DNA of 27,616 bases, taken from the NCBI GenBank assembly GCA_043826435.1, contig JBDRQF010000002.1:1-27616 (forward strand), written 5' to 3'. This DNA comes from Elusimicrobiota bacterium (lineage in GTDB: Bacteria > Elusimicrobiota > Endomicrobiia > CG1-02-37-114 > JAHJSO01). How positions within the stretch are numbered: position 1 is the first letter of the stretch; each line of letters opens with the position of its first letter. This document shows, piece by piece, positions 1 through 7,122 of this stretch. The translations under genes and the position numbers were made by a program. The notes beneath the pieces were generated by a model. The model did no database searches and was not told the DNA's origin. It saw only the letters and a list, made by a program, of their open reading frames with translations.

Positions 1-957
1 GTATGCTACTGCATTATCCCAACTAACATTTATCACAGGTCTGTTTCCTCTGCCCCAGCCACTATCCGACGGTTTTGTCCTGCCTGTCGCTTCACAGAAC
101 TTATCATACTGCTCAAAGGTCACCTGATGTTTGTCTATGTAATAAGCATCCAGATAGACCTTGTGTGGTGGCTTTTCATCACCGCCACCTTCGTCCGAAC
201 CCATTAGAAACTCGCCTGCGGGTATATAAACCATTCCCTTATACTTCTTCTTCTTCTTTGCTTCGGCTAAAAGTGTCTCAACTTCACCTGTTGCCCCCAA
301 GTTTATTGCCTTCTCAAATTCTTCTATTGCTTGAGTATATTTCTCTTGGCTCATTAACTTTTTACCATCTGATATATGTCCAGCAATCTTTCGTTTTTGT
401 TCCTCTTCTCGTCGGCTGGTTTCTTCATCTGCTTTTCTTTTTGCCTCTTCTTCTTTCTTTTTTTGCACAAATTTTATCTCATTCTCGGCTTTACTATCAC
501 CCGGCTTGTATCTCAGTGCTGTCTGATATGCAACTATCGCATTGTCCCAGTCGCCTTTGACGGAATGTTCCTGTCCCTGACTGAAATAATTTTCATACTG
601 GTTTCTCATTTCAACTAAAAAAATAAAACTATCTCCTTTTAAGTCCTTATAATCTTTTGCTACCTGCCATATAATATGCTTTTCCCCGGAGCCTTCAACT
701 CCATCTCCGAAATCTCCACTGGCAGTATTTACTTCCTTATCAAATGTTTTGCCGCCATCTTCGGATAATTTTAATGTAACAAAAAATACATCATTATCCG
801 GGTTAATCAGTTCATAATATATATGGACAAGCCCTTTCATATCCTGCTTAAAATGAACATTTTGTATTTTAGGCTGAGCATACGAGACTGTAGCGGTTTG
901 ATTTATCAAACATAGAATAAGCCCAATAAATTGAGCAACTATAAGAATTCGCTTCAT
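1..957 (-). CDS. Exported FGE/SUMF1 (formylglycine-generating enzyme family) domain protein with N-terminal beta-rich domain and TPR-like/coiled-coil linker; 3' end runs off the window
   Basis: Not in the ORF track. Manual translation from ATG at 957 is open for 319 codons to base 1. It reads signal peptide MKRILIVAQFIGLILCLINQTATVSYAQ; LSEDGGKTF...GDFGDGV...KHIIW; TPR-like GDWDNAIVAYQTALRYKP; then the FGE-family signature MVYIPAGEFLMGS...DEKPPHKVYLDAYYIDKHQVTFEQYDKF...GWGRGNRPVINVSWDNAVAY. Confidence 0.9.
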   Translation of the reverse strand, partial: MKRILIVAQFIGLILCLINQTATVSYAQPKIQNVHFKQDMKGLVHIYYELINPDNDVFFVTLKLSEDGGKTFDKEVNTASGDFGDGVEGSGEKHIIWQVAKDYKDLKGDSFIFLVEMRNQYENYFSQGQEHSVKGDWDNAIVAYQTALRYKPGDSKAENEIKFVQKKKEEEAKRKADEETSRREEEQKRKIAGHISDGKKLMSQEKYTQAIEEFEKAINLGATGEVETLLAEAKKKKKYKGMVYIPAGEFLMGSDEGGGDEKPPHKVYLDAYYIDKHQVTFEQYDKFCEATGRTKPSDSGWGRGNRPVINVSWDNAVAY

Positions 958-1064
958 CTCTTAATATTCCTTTTATATTTCTCCTGTGATTCTTTTAGTT
1001 TTTGCTGAACTTTTTTGGTTTTTTTGTAGCGTTCCATTTCATATGGGACATTCACCACGGCAAT

Positions 1065-2032
1065 TTACCACCAGAGCCACCAGGGGATAAAGTAAATGGC
1101 CTTTCTGCCTATAACTTCCTCTTTAACATCACCCCGGTATACCAGAATACCGAATGGCGCCTCTTTCCCGCCAGGTGCGGACTCAAAAAAGGCATAATAA
1201 TTTTTCTTTTTTCCCCTGGGAAAACTTTTACTGAAGCACATCTCTACAGGCACATACATCCTTTTCCTATTTTCAAAAATAAGGTCAATTTCATGACCTT
1301 CGTAGTCACGCCAGAAATACATATTTTTCGGAGAAGAACGATTTTCATTTTCTGATTCAAACGATTTTATTAAAATATTTTCAAACAGAAATCCTTCTGT
1401 TGTACCTTTGATATGTTCCTTCTCGGTCCGTTTTGATAGAAAATTTGCCACACCAACATCAAAAAAGTACATCTTACTACTTTTAACAAACCGTTTTCTT
1501 GCACGGGCAAATAATGGTGAAAGTGGATTTAGAATAAAAGTATCTTTTAATATTGAGATATACTTTTTTACAGTGTTGTAGGCAATGCCAAGGTCTGATG
1601 AAAGCGAGTTTAAATTAGATATAGAACCAACCTCAAAAGAAATGGTTTTTAACAAATTGGAATAGTCATCAAAATTTCCCACCTCGCCTAAAGCGCGGAT
1701 GTCCCGTTCAAGGTATGTGCTTATCATACTGGAAACCCTAAGGTATTTTTCATCAGGTAATTTGGCGGTATAAACCCCTGGTAAACTGCCTTCTATAAGT
1801 ATTCTTTCAAGAAGTTTATCTAAAAGGTCTCTATGCCTGTAAAGAAGCGATTGCCGGGAAATGAAAAAATCCTTTCTTTTGAGACAATACCCTGTTCGGC
1901 TACCGTCTCCTTAAGTTTCATAAGAAGCGTTGTCTTGCCAACCTGTCTCGCTCCCAGTATAGCGGTTATCATGCCCGTCTTCAGTCGGTTTAGGCAGGTT
2001 GTTTCAATTTCTCTTGAAATATACTGTTTCAT
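1065..2032 (-). pseudogene. AAA_14/DUF4143 family ATP-binding protein, broken by an internal deletion plus frameshift near 1860
   Basis: The 5' piece has MKQYISRE...ILGARQVGKTTLL (Walker A) and ends at ERIFSF. The 3' piece is in another frame from ~1860: SRQSLLYRHRDLLDKLLERILIEGSLPGVY...STYLERDIR...KSSKMYFFDVGV...GFLFEN...YFWRDYEGHEIDLI. No Walker B (hhhhDE) or TGS region lies between them. Confidence 0.8.
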
Positions 2033-2065
2033 TTCAACCCCTACTTTTCATCAAGGTTATGATAA

Positions 2066-2094
2066 ATATTAGCATAATATTTGTTAAAAGGCAA
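2066..2094 (-). promoter_or_regulatory. Possible sigma70-type promoter for the AAA gene
   Basis: Minus strand TTGCCT-N17-TAATAT with TG one base before the -10, about 35 nt upstream of ATG 2032. AT-rich context lowers specificity. Confidence 0.4.
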
Positions 2095-2194
2095 GAGAAT
2101 ACATGTCTGACCGTGCATCTGATAAACCAAGATGCTGCTCTGGCGACATATAAGCAAGTGTGCCGGAAGTATCTTTGCCACTAAGTCGTGATAT
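2084..2194 (-). pseudogene. Fragment of a Hanks-type Ser/Thr protein kinase (subdomains VIII-IX)
   Basis: Minus-strand translation ISRLSGKDTSGTLAYMSPEQHLGLSDARSDMYSLAF* matches the GTxxYMxPEQ and DxRSDxYSL kinase motifs. No other kinase subdomains are present. Confidence 0.85.
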
Positions 2195-2229
2195 TACTTC
2201 GTCGCTACACAGGGACAGGTGTAATGATA
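2190..2229. repeat. Decayed half copy of palindromic element family A
   Basis: GATATTACTTCGTCGCT...GTAATGATA versus intact GAGATTGCTTCGTCGCT...GCAATGACA at 12198-12233: 15/17 identity in the first block and 7/9 in the last. Confidence 0.55.
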
Positions 2230-2241
2230 CTAAAAATATTT

Positions 2242-4287
2242 TCAAACTATTCTGTATCTTATTCCTTTGTAATCAACATTTGAACCATCACATAATATCT
2301 GTGAAGTATCGGGTGTCCGAAGCACTATTACACCGTCTTTTACGGATATCTGGCAATCACCCGATTTTTCATAAACAATTCCTATTGATTTGAAGGCGAT
2401 AGGTATTGCCGGTTCATTGCCGGCAAGCACAATTATATTCCTGTCATCCGCTTCTATGAAAAGGCCGCTGATTTTTTGATGTTCATCAATATCCCTCGGG
2501 TCAATTTTCATTTCAGAAGGAATTGTCCCCGGCACCAATGTTGATTGGACAATTTCCCTGCCCCGACATATATGAACAGTCATTCTGTATGAATGCGATA
2601 TGTCAAGGATATCCCCGTCTTCCATCTGTGAACGGGTTATCTTTTCACCGCGATGGTATGTTCCGCCAGCGGAGTTTAAATCCTCCGCTATTACTTTATT
2701 TTCAACAATACATAATTTAAGATGATTGTCGCGGCTAACCTTTAGATTATTTATGTCTATATCAGGTGTTCCTCTGGCTTTTCTTGCAAGTGTTATCGTA
2801 TCCTTTTTGAAAACAACTATTTCTTTACCAATTTTTTCCGGCTTCAGACACAATTTTTCCGACTTTCTTGATTTTTCAATATTACTTAAAATATTTTCCG
2901 CTGATTCCCGAAGGTCCTTATTGGTTTTTACTACTTCTTTTAGCAATTCCTCGGCTTCTGAAATTTCACCTTTTGAAATATGTTCTTCAGCCCTGTTAAC
3001 ATTCTCTTTGCTTGCCTTAAATCTATTTTCAACCTCTTCCCTGATATTATCAAAATTGTCCGGTGAGGGCAATGCCAATCTTTGAGTAGCCATTTCCGGC
3101 ATTGATACAAGTGATTTATACTCAACCCAGGAATCATCCTTATATAAAGAATCCATCTCTTCCTGTGCTTTTGATAATTCACCATTGTCTATAAACATTC
3201 TTATCTGTTCCTGTTTCTGTCTTATCTTTTTGCATATATTATGTCCTTCTATAAACTTCTGATATTTTGCTATCATTTCGGTAATTTCAGGCAATTCAAG
3301 ATACTGCGGCAGGTTTTTTAAGTCATCATATTCTTCATCTGTTAAACACACATTTTGTCTTAATTTAGTTCCCAAATTTATATACCTTACATACGATTCT
3401 TCAGCCCGACGGGGATTGTCTTTCGTTACAACCATTAACCTGTGCTTGAATGCAATAAAGTCAGTATTTGCCGGGAAAAAATCTAATTGTTGAGAGACCA
3501 AAGAATTAGCGCCCGTATATGAGCCCTTCTGAATGTATTCCTCAAGTTTTTGCATCGCTTCGGGCACCAATTTTTCCAACTTCCTGCGTTTCAACACCAA
3601 AACTGATGAAGTTATAATAAAAAACAAAAATGCGCTTCCGAATATACCGCTACTAATATAAGTTCCATAAAGAATCGCTTGCTGTATATTTCTATATTTT
3701 TTGAAATATACCGGGTGCGTAAAGGATACATCGCTTGAAAATTCCGCTTTTCCAGATGAACGGTTAATCACAGTAACGATAATTTGACAGTTTTCTATGC
3801 TTCCTGGCAACCACTTCCATTCCGCCATAATATCATAGTCAACCCTTATTCTATCGCCTTGTATCTGGAATCGTATATATGCCTCAGGATCTATAAAACC
3901 TGCACTTATTAAACTTTTCTTTCTCGCTATATCTTCGTTTTTCCGTTTTTTTATTTCGTTTAATTGTTCTTCTGGTGCAATAACCATCCAACCATTATAT
4001 TGTCCTAATGCAAGATTTATATCTTTTTTCAATTTTTCTATTTCTTCGTCTATTGGTCCTACGATATTTTTCAAACTTACAATGTAACCTCTTAACTTTT
4101 TTCCCTGCGATTGTTTAACAATATCTTTACCAACCATAGCAATTGCATATTCCGCAGGGGTTATATTATACTTTTCATAGCCGGCGGGAATTATTCGTTC
4201 CGGGAACAATTGCCTGTAAAAATAAATCAAAGGAAATATTAAAGAAAGACCCATTAAAACAAATAAAATTTTACGCAATTTTTGCAT
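2242..4287 (-). CDS. Membrane protein with two TM segments, helical/TPR-like region and C-terminal FHA domain (681 aa)
   Basis: Hydrophobic segments at the N-terminus and around aa 205-232. FHA-like segment ITLARK...DIDINNLKVSRDNHLKL...AEDLNSAGGTYHRGEKI...MEDGDILDI. Confidence 0.75.
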   Translation of the reverse strand: MQKLRKILFVLMGLSLIFPLIYFYRQLFPERIIPAGYEKYNITPAEYAIAMVGKDIVKQSQGKKLRGYIVSLKNIVGPIDEEIEKLKKDINLALGQYNGWMVIAPEEQLNEIKKRKNEDIARKKSLISAGFIDPEAYIRFQIQGDRIRVDYDIMAEWKWLPGSIENCQIIVTVINRSSGKAEFSSDVSFTHPVYFKKYRNIQQAILYGTYISSGIFGSAFLFFIITSSVLVLKRRKLEKLVPEAMQKLEEYIQKGSYTGANSLVSQQLDFFPANTDFIAFKHRLMVVTKDNPRRAEESYVRYINLGTKLRQNVCLTDEEYDDLKNLPQYLELPEITEMIAKYQKFIEGHNICKKIRQKQEQIRMFIDNGELSKAQEEMDSLYKDDSWVEYKSLVSMPEMATQRLALPSPDNFDNIREEVENRFKASKENVNRAEEHISKGEISEAEELLKEVVKTNKDLRESAENILSNIEKSRKSEKLCLKPEKIGKEIVVFKKDTITLARKARGTPDIDINNLKVSRDNHLKLCIVENKVIAEDLNSAGGTYHRGEKITRSQMEDGDILDISHSYRMTVHICRGREIVQSTLVPGTIPSEMKIDPRDIDEHQKISGLFIEADDRNIIVLAGNEPAIPIAFKSIGIVYEKSGDCQISVKDGVIVLRTPDTSQILCDGSNVDYKGIRYRIV

Positions 4288-4309
4288 TCAGTTATCCTCT
4301 CATTATTTA

Positions 4310-5896
4310 TTATTTTAACCCTTTTATTTCTTTTTTGATTTTTGAAATCAAACTGGACTTTATTTTCCCAAGCGCATCCCATCCTGCATTAGAGGCGCTC
4401 GTTCCAAAACCTTTCGCTGATGGGCCATCGTCAATTGATGCAACAACATCCCCTTCGGGTAAAGAATAAATTTCCGCCTTGCTTGTAATATATGAATAAA
4501 ACATTTCATAATCGCCGACTTTACCGCCATCTGCTTTAATAATTACAGCAATCAGATAATCGGCGTTCTTTTCACCCATATTCCTGATATCCTCATCTTT
4601 CACTTTATCTGTTTTCATATTATAATCTATAACATCATATTCTAAACTTCGCAGGATTGCTTTAAGCGAATTTTCAATCATCTCGGATTTATTTCGTTTT
4701 TGTGTATTAAAAAAATTAACCGCACATAAAAAGGTTTTTTTCCTGGAAATAGTAATAACGCAAAAAGGATTTTGTATCTGTTTTTCATCAACTTTTAATG
4801 CTTCCGGATCCAACTCAACCTGAACTGATGTTTCCTTATATGAAGAATCTATTCTCTCTATGGGTATCTGCACTTCACCTAACCGATTGGTAAGCAAAGT
4901 CCTGTTTGCGATTTCACTGTTTCCTTTGCCTTCAATAAAGGAAGCGTTTACTTTTATATTAGCGATAGGTACTTTCTCATTTTGCTCTTCATATATAACC
5001 TTTACTACGGGATATTTCCTCAGTTTGCCATCGGTTCCATATACAACCTTTTCATCAACCGGTTCTAGCTTAATATTGCGGAACATTTTTATGATATTTG
5101 TATCAAAAAAAGCATACAAATCATCCGGTTTGCCGTCGTTGTCAATATCTTCTTGAGCAGGAAGTTCATAAAAACATTTTTTAAGATTCTCTTTGCCAGT
5201 CAAAAAATTCTCTAATGCTGTAAGATATAATTTTTCCTTTTGTGCTTTTAATCCTTCAATAGCATATTTTGTTATCTGTACTATATTCTTTTTGATTTCC
5301 TCCTGCACATCACGTTCATAATCACTTTTTGACACATAACATATCATAGTAACCATATTCTTTTCGGGATAATCCTTATATGGTTTACTTATAACTTTTT
5401 TAAGTATTTCCCTCGTATAAGATTTAGTAATTCTTTCAAATTTTTCTTCAGCACCTCTGCTTGATGCATATTTCAATTCATCTTTTACCGTTGTTTGTAC
5501 CTTTATTCTTATTGAACTTGATAGGTCATCTATCGCTCTATTCTTGGCTTCGGCTTCAGCATTGTCGGAATCCTTTTCACTAACTGCACGACCTTCGCCG
5601 ACATATAAATCAACATTCTGTCTGTCTTTATATGATTTAATTTCTTTTTCTATCTGCTCTCTTTCCTTTTTTTGTTCTTTCGCTCTTTCTTTTAACGCTT
5701 TCTTTCGCTCTTTCTCCTCCTGTTTCTTTTTGTTTTTTTCTATCTGCTCTCTTGCCCTTTTTTCAATCTTTTTCTGGTCATATTTACCACTATAAATCAA
5801 AGGAAAGGTATCACCAAAAGGCCATAAATCAATTGCGTCTACACGCGAATACATAGAACAAACAATAATTACAAAAATAGCGATTTTCTTAAACAT
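4310..5896 (-). CDS. Exported LPP20-domain multidomain protein (528 aa)
   Basis: Signal peptide and charged coiled coil, then LPP20-like YVGEGRA...AEAEAKNRAIDDLSSSIRIKVQ. Also a DxDxDG loop (DIDNDGKPDD), an Ig-like segment (PIANIKVNASF...TNRLGEVQI) and a C-terminal alpha/beta domain. AAGGAGG RBS upstream. Confidence 0.65.
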   Translation of the reverse strand: MFKKIAIFVIIVCSMYSRVDAIDLWPFGDTFPLIYSGKYDQKKIEKRAREQIEKNKKKQEEKERKKALKERAKEQKKEREQIEKEIKSYKDRQNVDLYVGEGRAVSEKDSDNAEAEAKNRAIDDLSSSIRIKVQTTVKDELKYASSRGAEEKFERITKSYTREILKKVISKPYKDYPEKNMVTMICYVSKSDYERDVQEEIKKNIVQITKYAIEGLKAQKEKLYLTALENFLTGKENLKKCFYELPAQEDIDNDGKPDDLYAFFDTNIIKMFRNIKLEPVDEKVVYGTDGKLRKYPVVKVIYEEQNEKVPIANIKVNASFIEGKGNSEIANRTLLTNRLGEVQIPIERIDSSYKETSVQVELDPEALKVDEKQIQNPFCVITISRKKTFLCAVNFFNTQKRNKSEMIENSLKAILRSLEYDVIDYNMKTDKVKDEDIRNMGEKNADYLIAVIIKADGGKVGDYEMFYSYITSKAEIYSLPEGDVVASIDDGPSAKGFGTSASNAGWDALGKIKSSLISKIKKEIKGLK

Positions 5897-6201
5897 TTTT
5901 TTCTCGCCTCCTTAATAAAAGAATCATAAGCGCTGGCTTCTTTTCTCTCTTTTGTCATAATATCTAATACAGATTGCTTTACTTCAACTTTCATCACTTT
6001 TGCCAGTTCATATAACGCATTATCTTTAGCATATTTTTCTGCGTCGTGTTGGTACATCGTCGGAGCAGAATAACCCACCACATAAATATAGTCATCTTTT
6101 TGATATGAAAGCGGTCCTTCAACCCATTTCGGGATTGGGGCGCAGGAACAGAAAAAAAAGATGCTTATTAAAAATAAAAATAGAGGCACTGTTTTTGGCA
6201 T
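5869..6201 (-). CDS. LPP20-like lipoprotein, probably 3'-truncated (110 aa)
   Basis: Lipobox-like FFCSC, then PKWV, YIYVVGYS and AEKYAKDNALYELAKVMKVEV. The tail reads through the RBS and first codons of the next gene (28-nt overlap). Confidence 0.65.
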   Translation of the reverse strand: MPKTVPLFLFLISIFFFCSCAPIPKWVEGPLSYQKDDYIYVVGYSAPTMYQHDAEKYAKDNALYELAKVMKVEVKQSVLDIMTKERKEASAYDSFIKEARKKCLRKSLFL

Positions 6202-6218
6202 AAAAACACTCTCCTATT

Positions 6219-6265
6219 CAAAAATTAAGCATAGGGAATCTGTTCTTTTTAGACCCCCTATGCTT
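6219..6265 (-). terminator. Intercistronic stem-loop (terminator or mRNA-stabilising hairpin)
   Basis: Minus-strand RNA AAGCAUAGGGGGUCU pairs with AGAUUCCCUAUGCUU over 15 bp, including two G-U pairs that form only on this strand, followed by AAUUUUU. Confidence 0.65.
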
Positions 6266-6281
6266 TGATAGTGCTACTTTT

Positions 6282-6875
6282 TTACTTTGAAATTCCTAAT
6301 AACTCTTTTTCGTTTGCTCTTTGTTTGTCCACTTCCTTATCCAAATCCTGTAACGCATCGTTCATCCTTTCTACTACAACTGCACGATGCTTCTCGCTTA
6401 TTGCCCTTCTTAATGTCTGTTTGTAATTGCCATAGAAATCATTTCCAAGGTCAACTACATAGAGCATGTAAAGATCGCCTGTTTTGGAATCTTCCCATGA
6501 ATCCATCTGTTTACTGCCAACCAATGTCTGGTCGGTTACCTGTTTGGTAACAATGGACAAAAACTCATCCGAGCCGGCGGTATCCTGAATATTAAACCAG
6601 TCCTTATGCTCTTCAATAAAGTCCTTTGCCAATCTTTTTACATTTGTGGATAATGTAGTGGCAATTTCAGCACGCGCACGCATCCTGGCGCCTTCAATCT
6701 GTGCCGCTTTATTCGGTGAAGGACCATAAACACCCATTCCATAGACCTTTGTGGACGGGTCACCCGGGAATGCACCGGAGCCTTTTGTTATCCAATCCGG
6801 TTTCTTGGGCACACTTGCGCATCCAATAAGTGTAACTGCAAAAACAAAAACCAACAACCACTTTAAACTTTTCAT
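6282..6875 (-). CDS. LPP20 family lipoprotein (197 aa)
   Basis: Lipobox LIGC, then KPDWITKG, VYGMGV and ARMRARAEIATTLSTNV...LVGSKQMDSWED...LYMLYVVD. Strong AAGGAGG RBS. Confidence 0.8.
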   Translation of the reverse strand: MKSLKWLLVFVFAVTLIGCASVPKKPDWITKGSGAFPGDPSTKVYGMGVYGPSPNKAAQIEGARMRARAEIATTLSTNVKRLAKDFIEEHKDWFNIQDTAGSDEFLSIVTKQVTDQTLVGSKQMDSWEDSKTGDLYMLYVVDLGNDFYGNYKQTLRRAISEKHRAVVVERMNDALQDLDKEVDKQRANEKELLGISK

Positions 6876-7051
6876 GCTACTATCCTCCTTACTGCCAGAT
6901 TTTTACTTCCCTGCACTACTTCTAAAACTCAATCAATAACCACATCCTTATTGCCCTTAAATTACTCCCCTGCTACCAATCATCCCTTATTATATCATCA
7001 CCTCCCGTAATTTTTTTGCGAAATTGACCTCAAGCGGGTTTGCTAATTATT

Positions 7052-7080
7052 ATTGTAGCAAAACCGAAAGCAGAAGTCAA
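7052..7080 (-). promoter_or_regulatory. sigma70-type promoter driving the LPP20 island
   Basis: Minus strand TTGACT (7080-7075), 17-nt spacer, TACAAT (7057-7052) with extended -10 TGn. Implies a leader of about 170 nt before ATG 6875. Confidence 0.7.
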
Positions 7081-7122
7081 GTTCTTTGAATTAGATTCCT
7101 TTTTGCCTCAATGTAGCCCGGG

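Larger units (their letters stand above)
1..7120 (-). other. AT-rich accessory island (LPP20/FHA/kinase remnant/AAA pseudogene/FGE-domain genes)
   Basis: Sample lines counted by eye: 19/60 GC at 3961-4020 versus 31/60 at 7921-7980. The shift occurs near the 7123 stop codon. The block has its own promoter at 7052-7080 and several gene fragments. Confidence 0.65.

Noticed and set aside
1855..1872. Programmed -1 frameshift joining the two AAA pieces
   Set aside because: No in-frame X XXY YYZ heptamer, and the joined product would still lack Walker B. Deletion explains it better.
5645..5753. About 19-bp direct repeat 90 bp apart (REQIEK twice)
   Set aside because: Low-complexity charged coiled coil; ordinary internal duplication.
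6960..7045. Resemblance to a c-di-GMP-I riboswitch (GCAAACC-N16-CGCAAA on the minus strand)
   Set aside because: No GAAA-tetraloop hairpin or receptor stem is evident. An Rfam covariance search would settle it.
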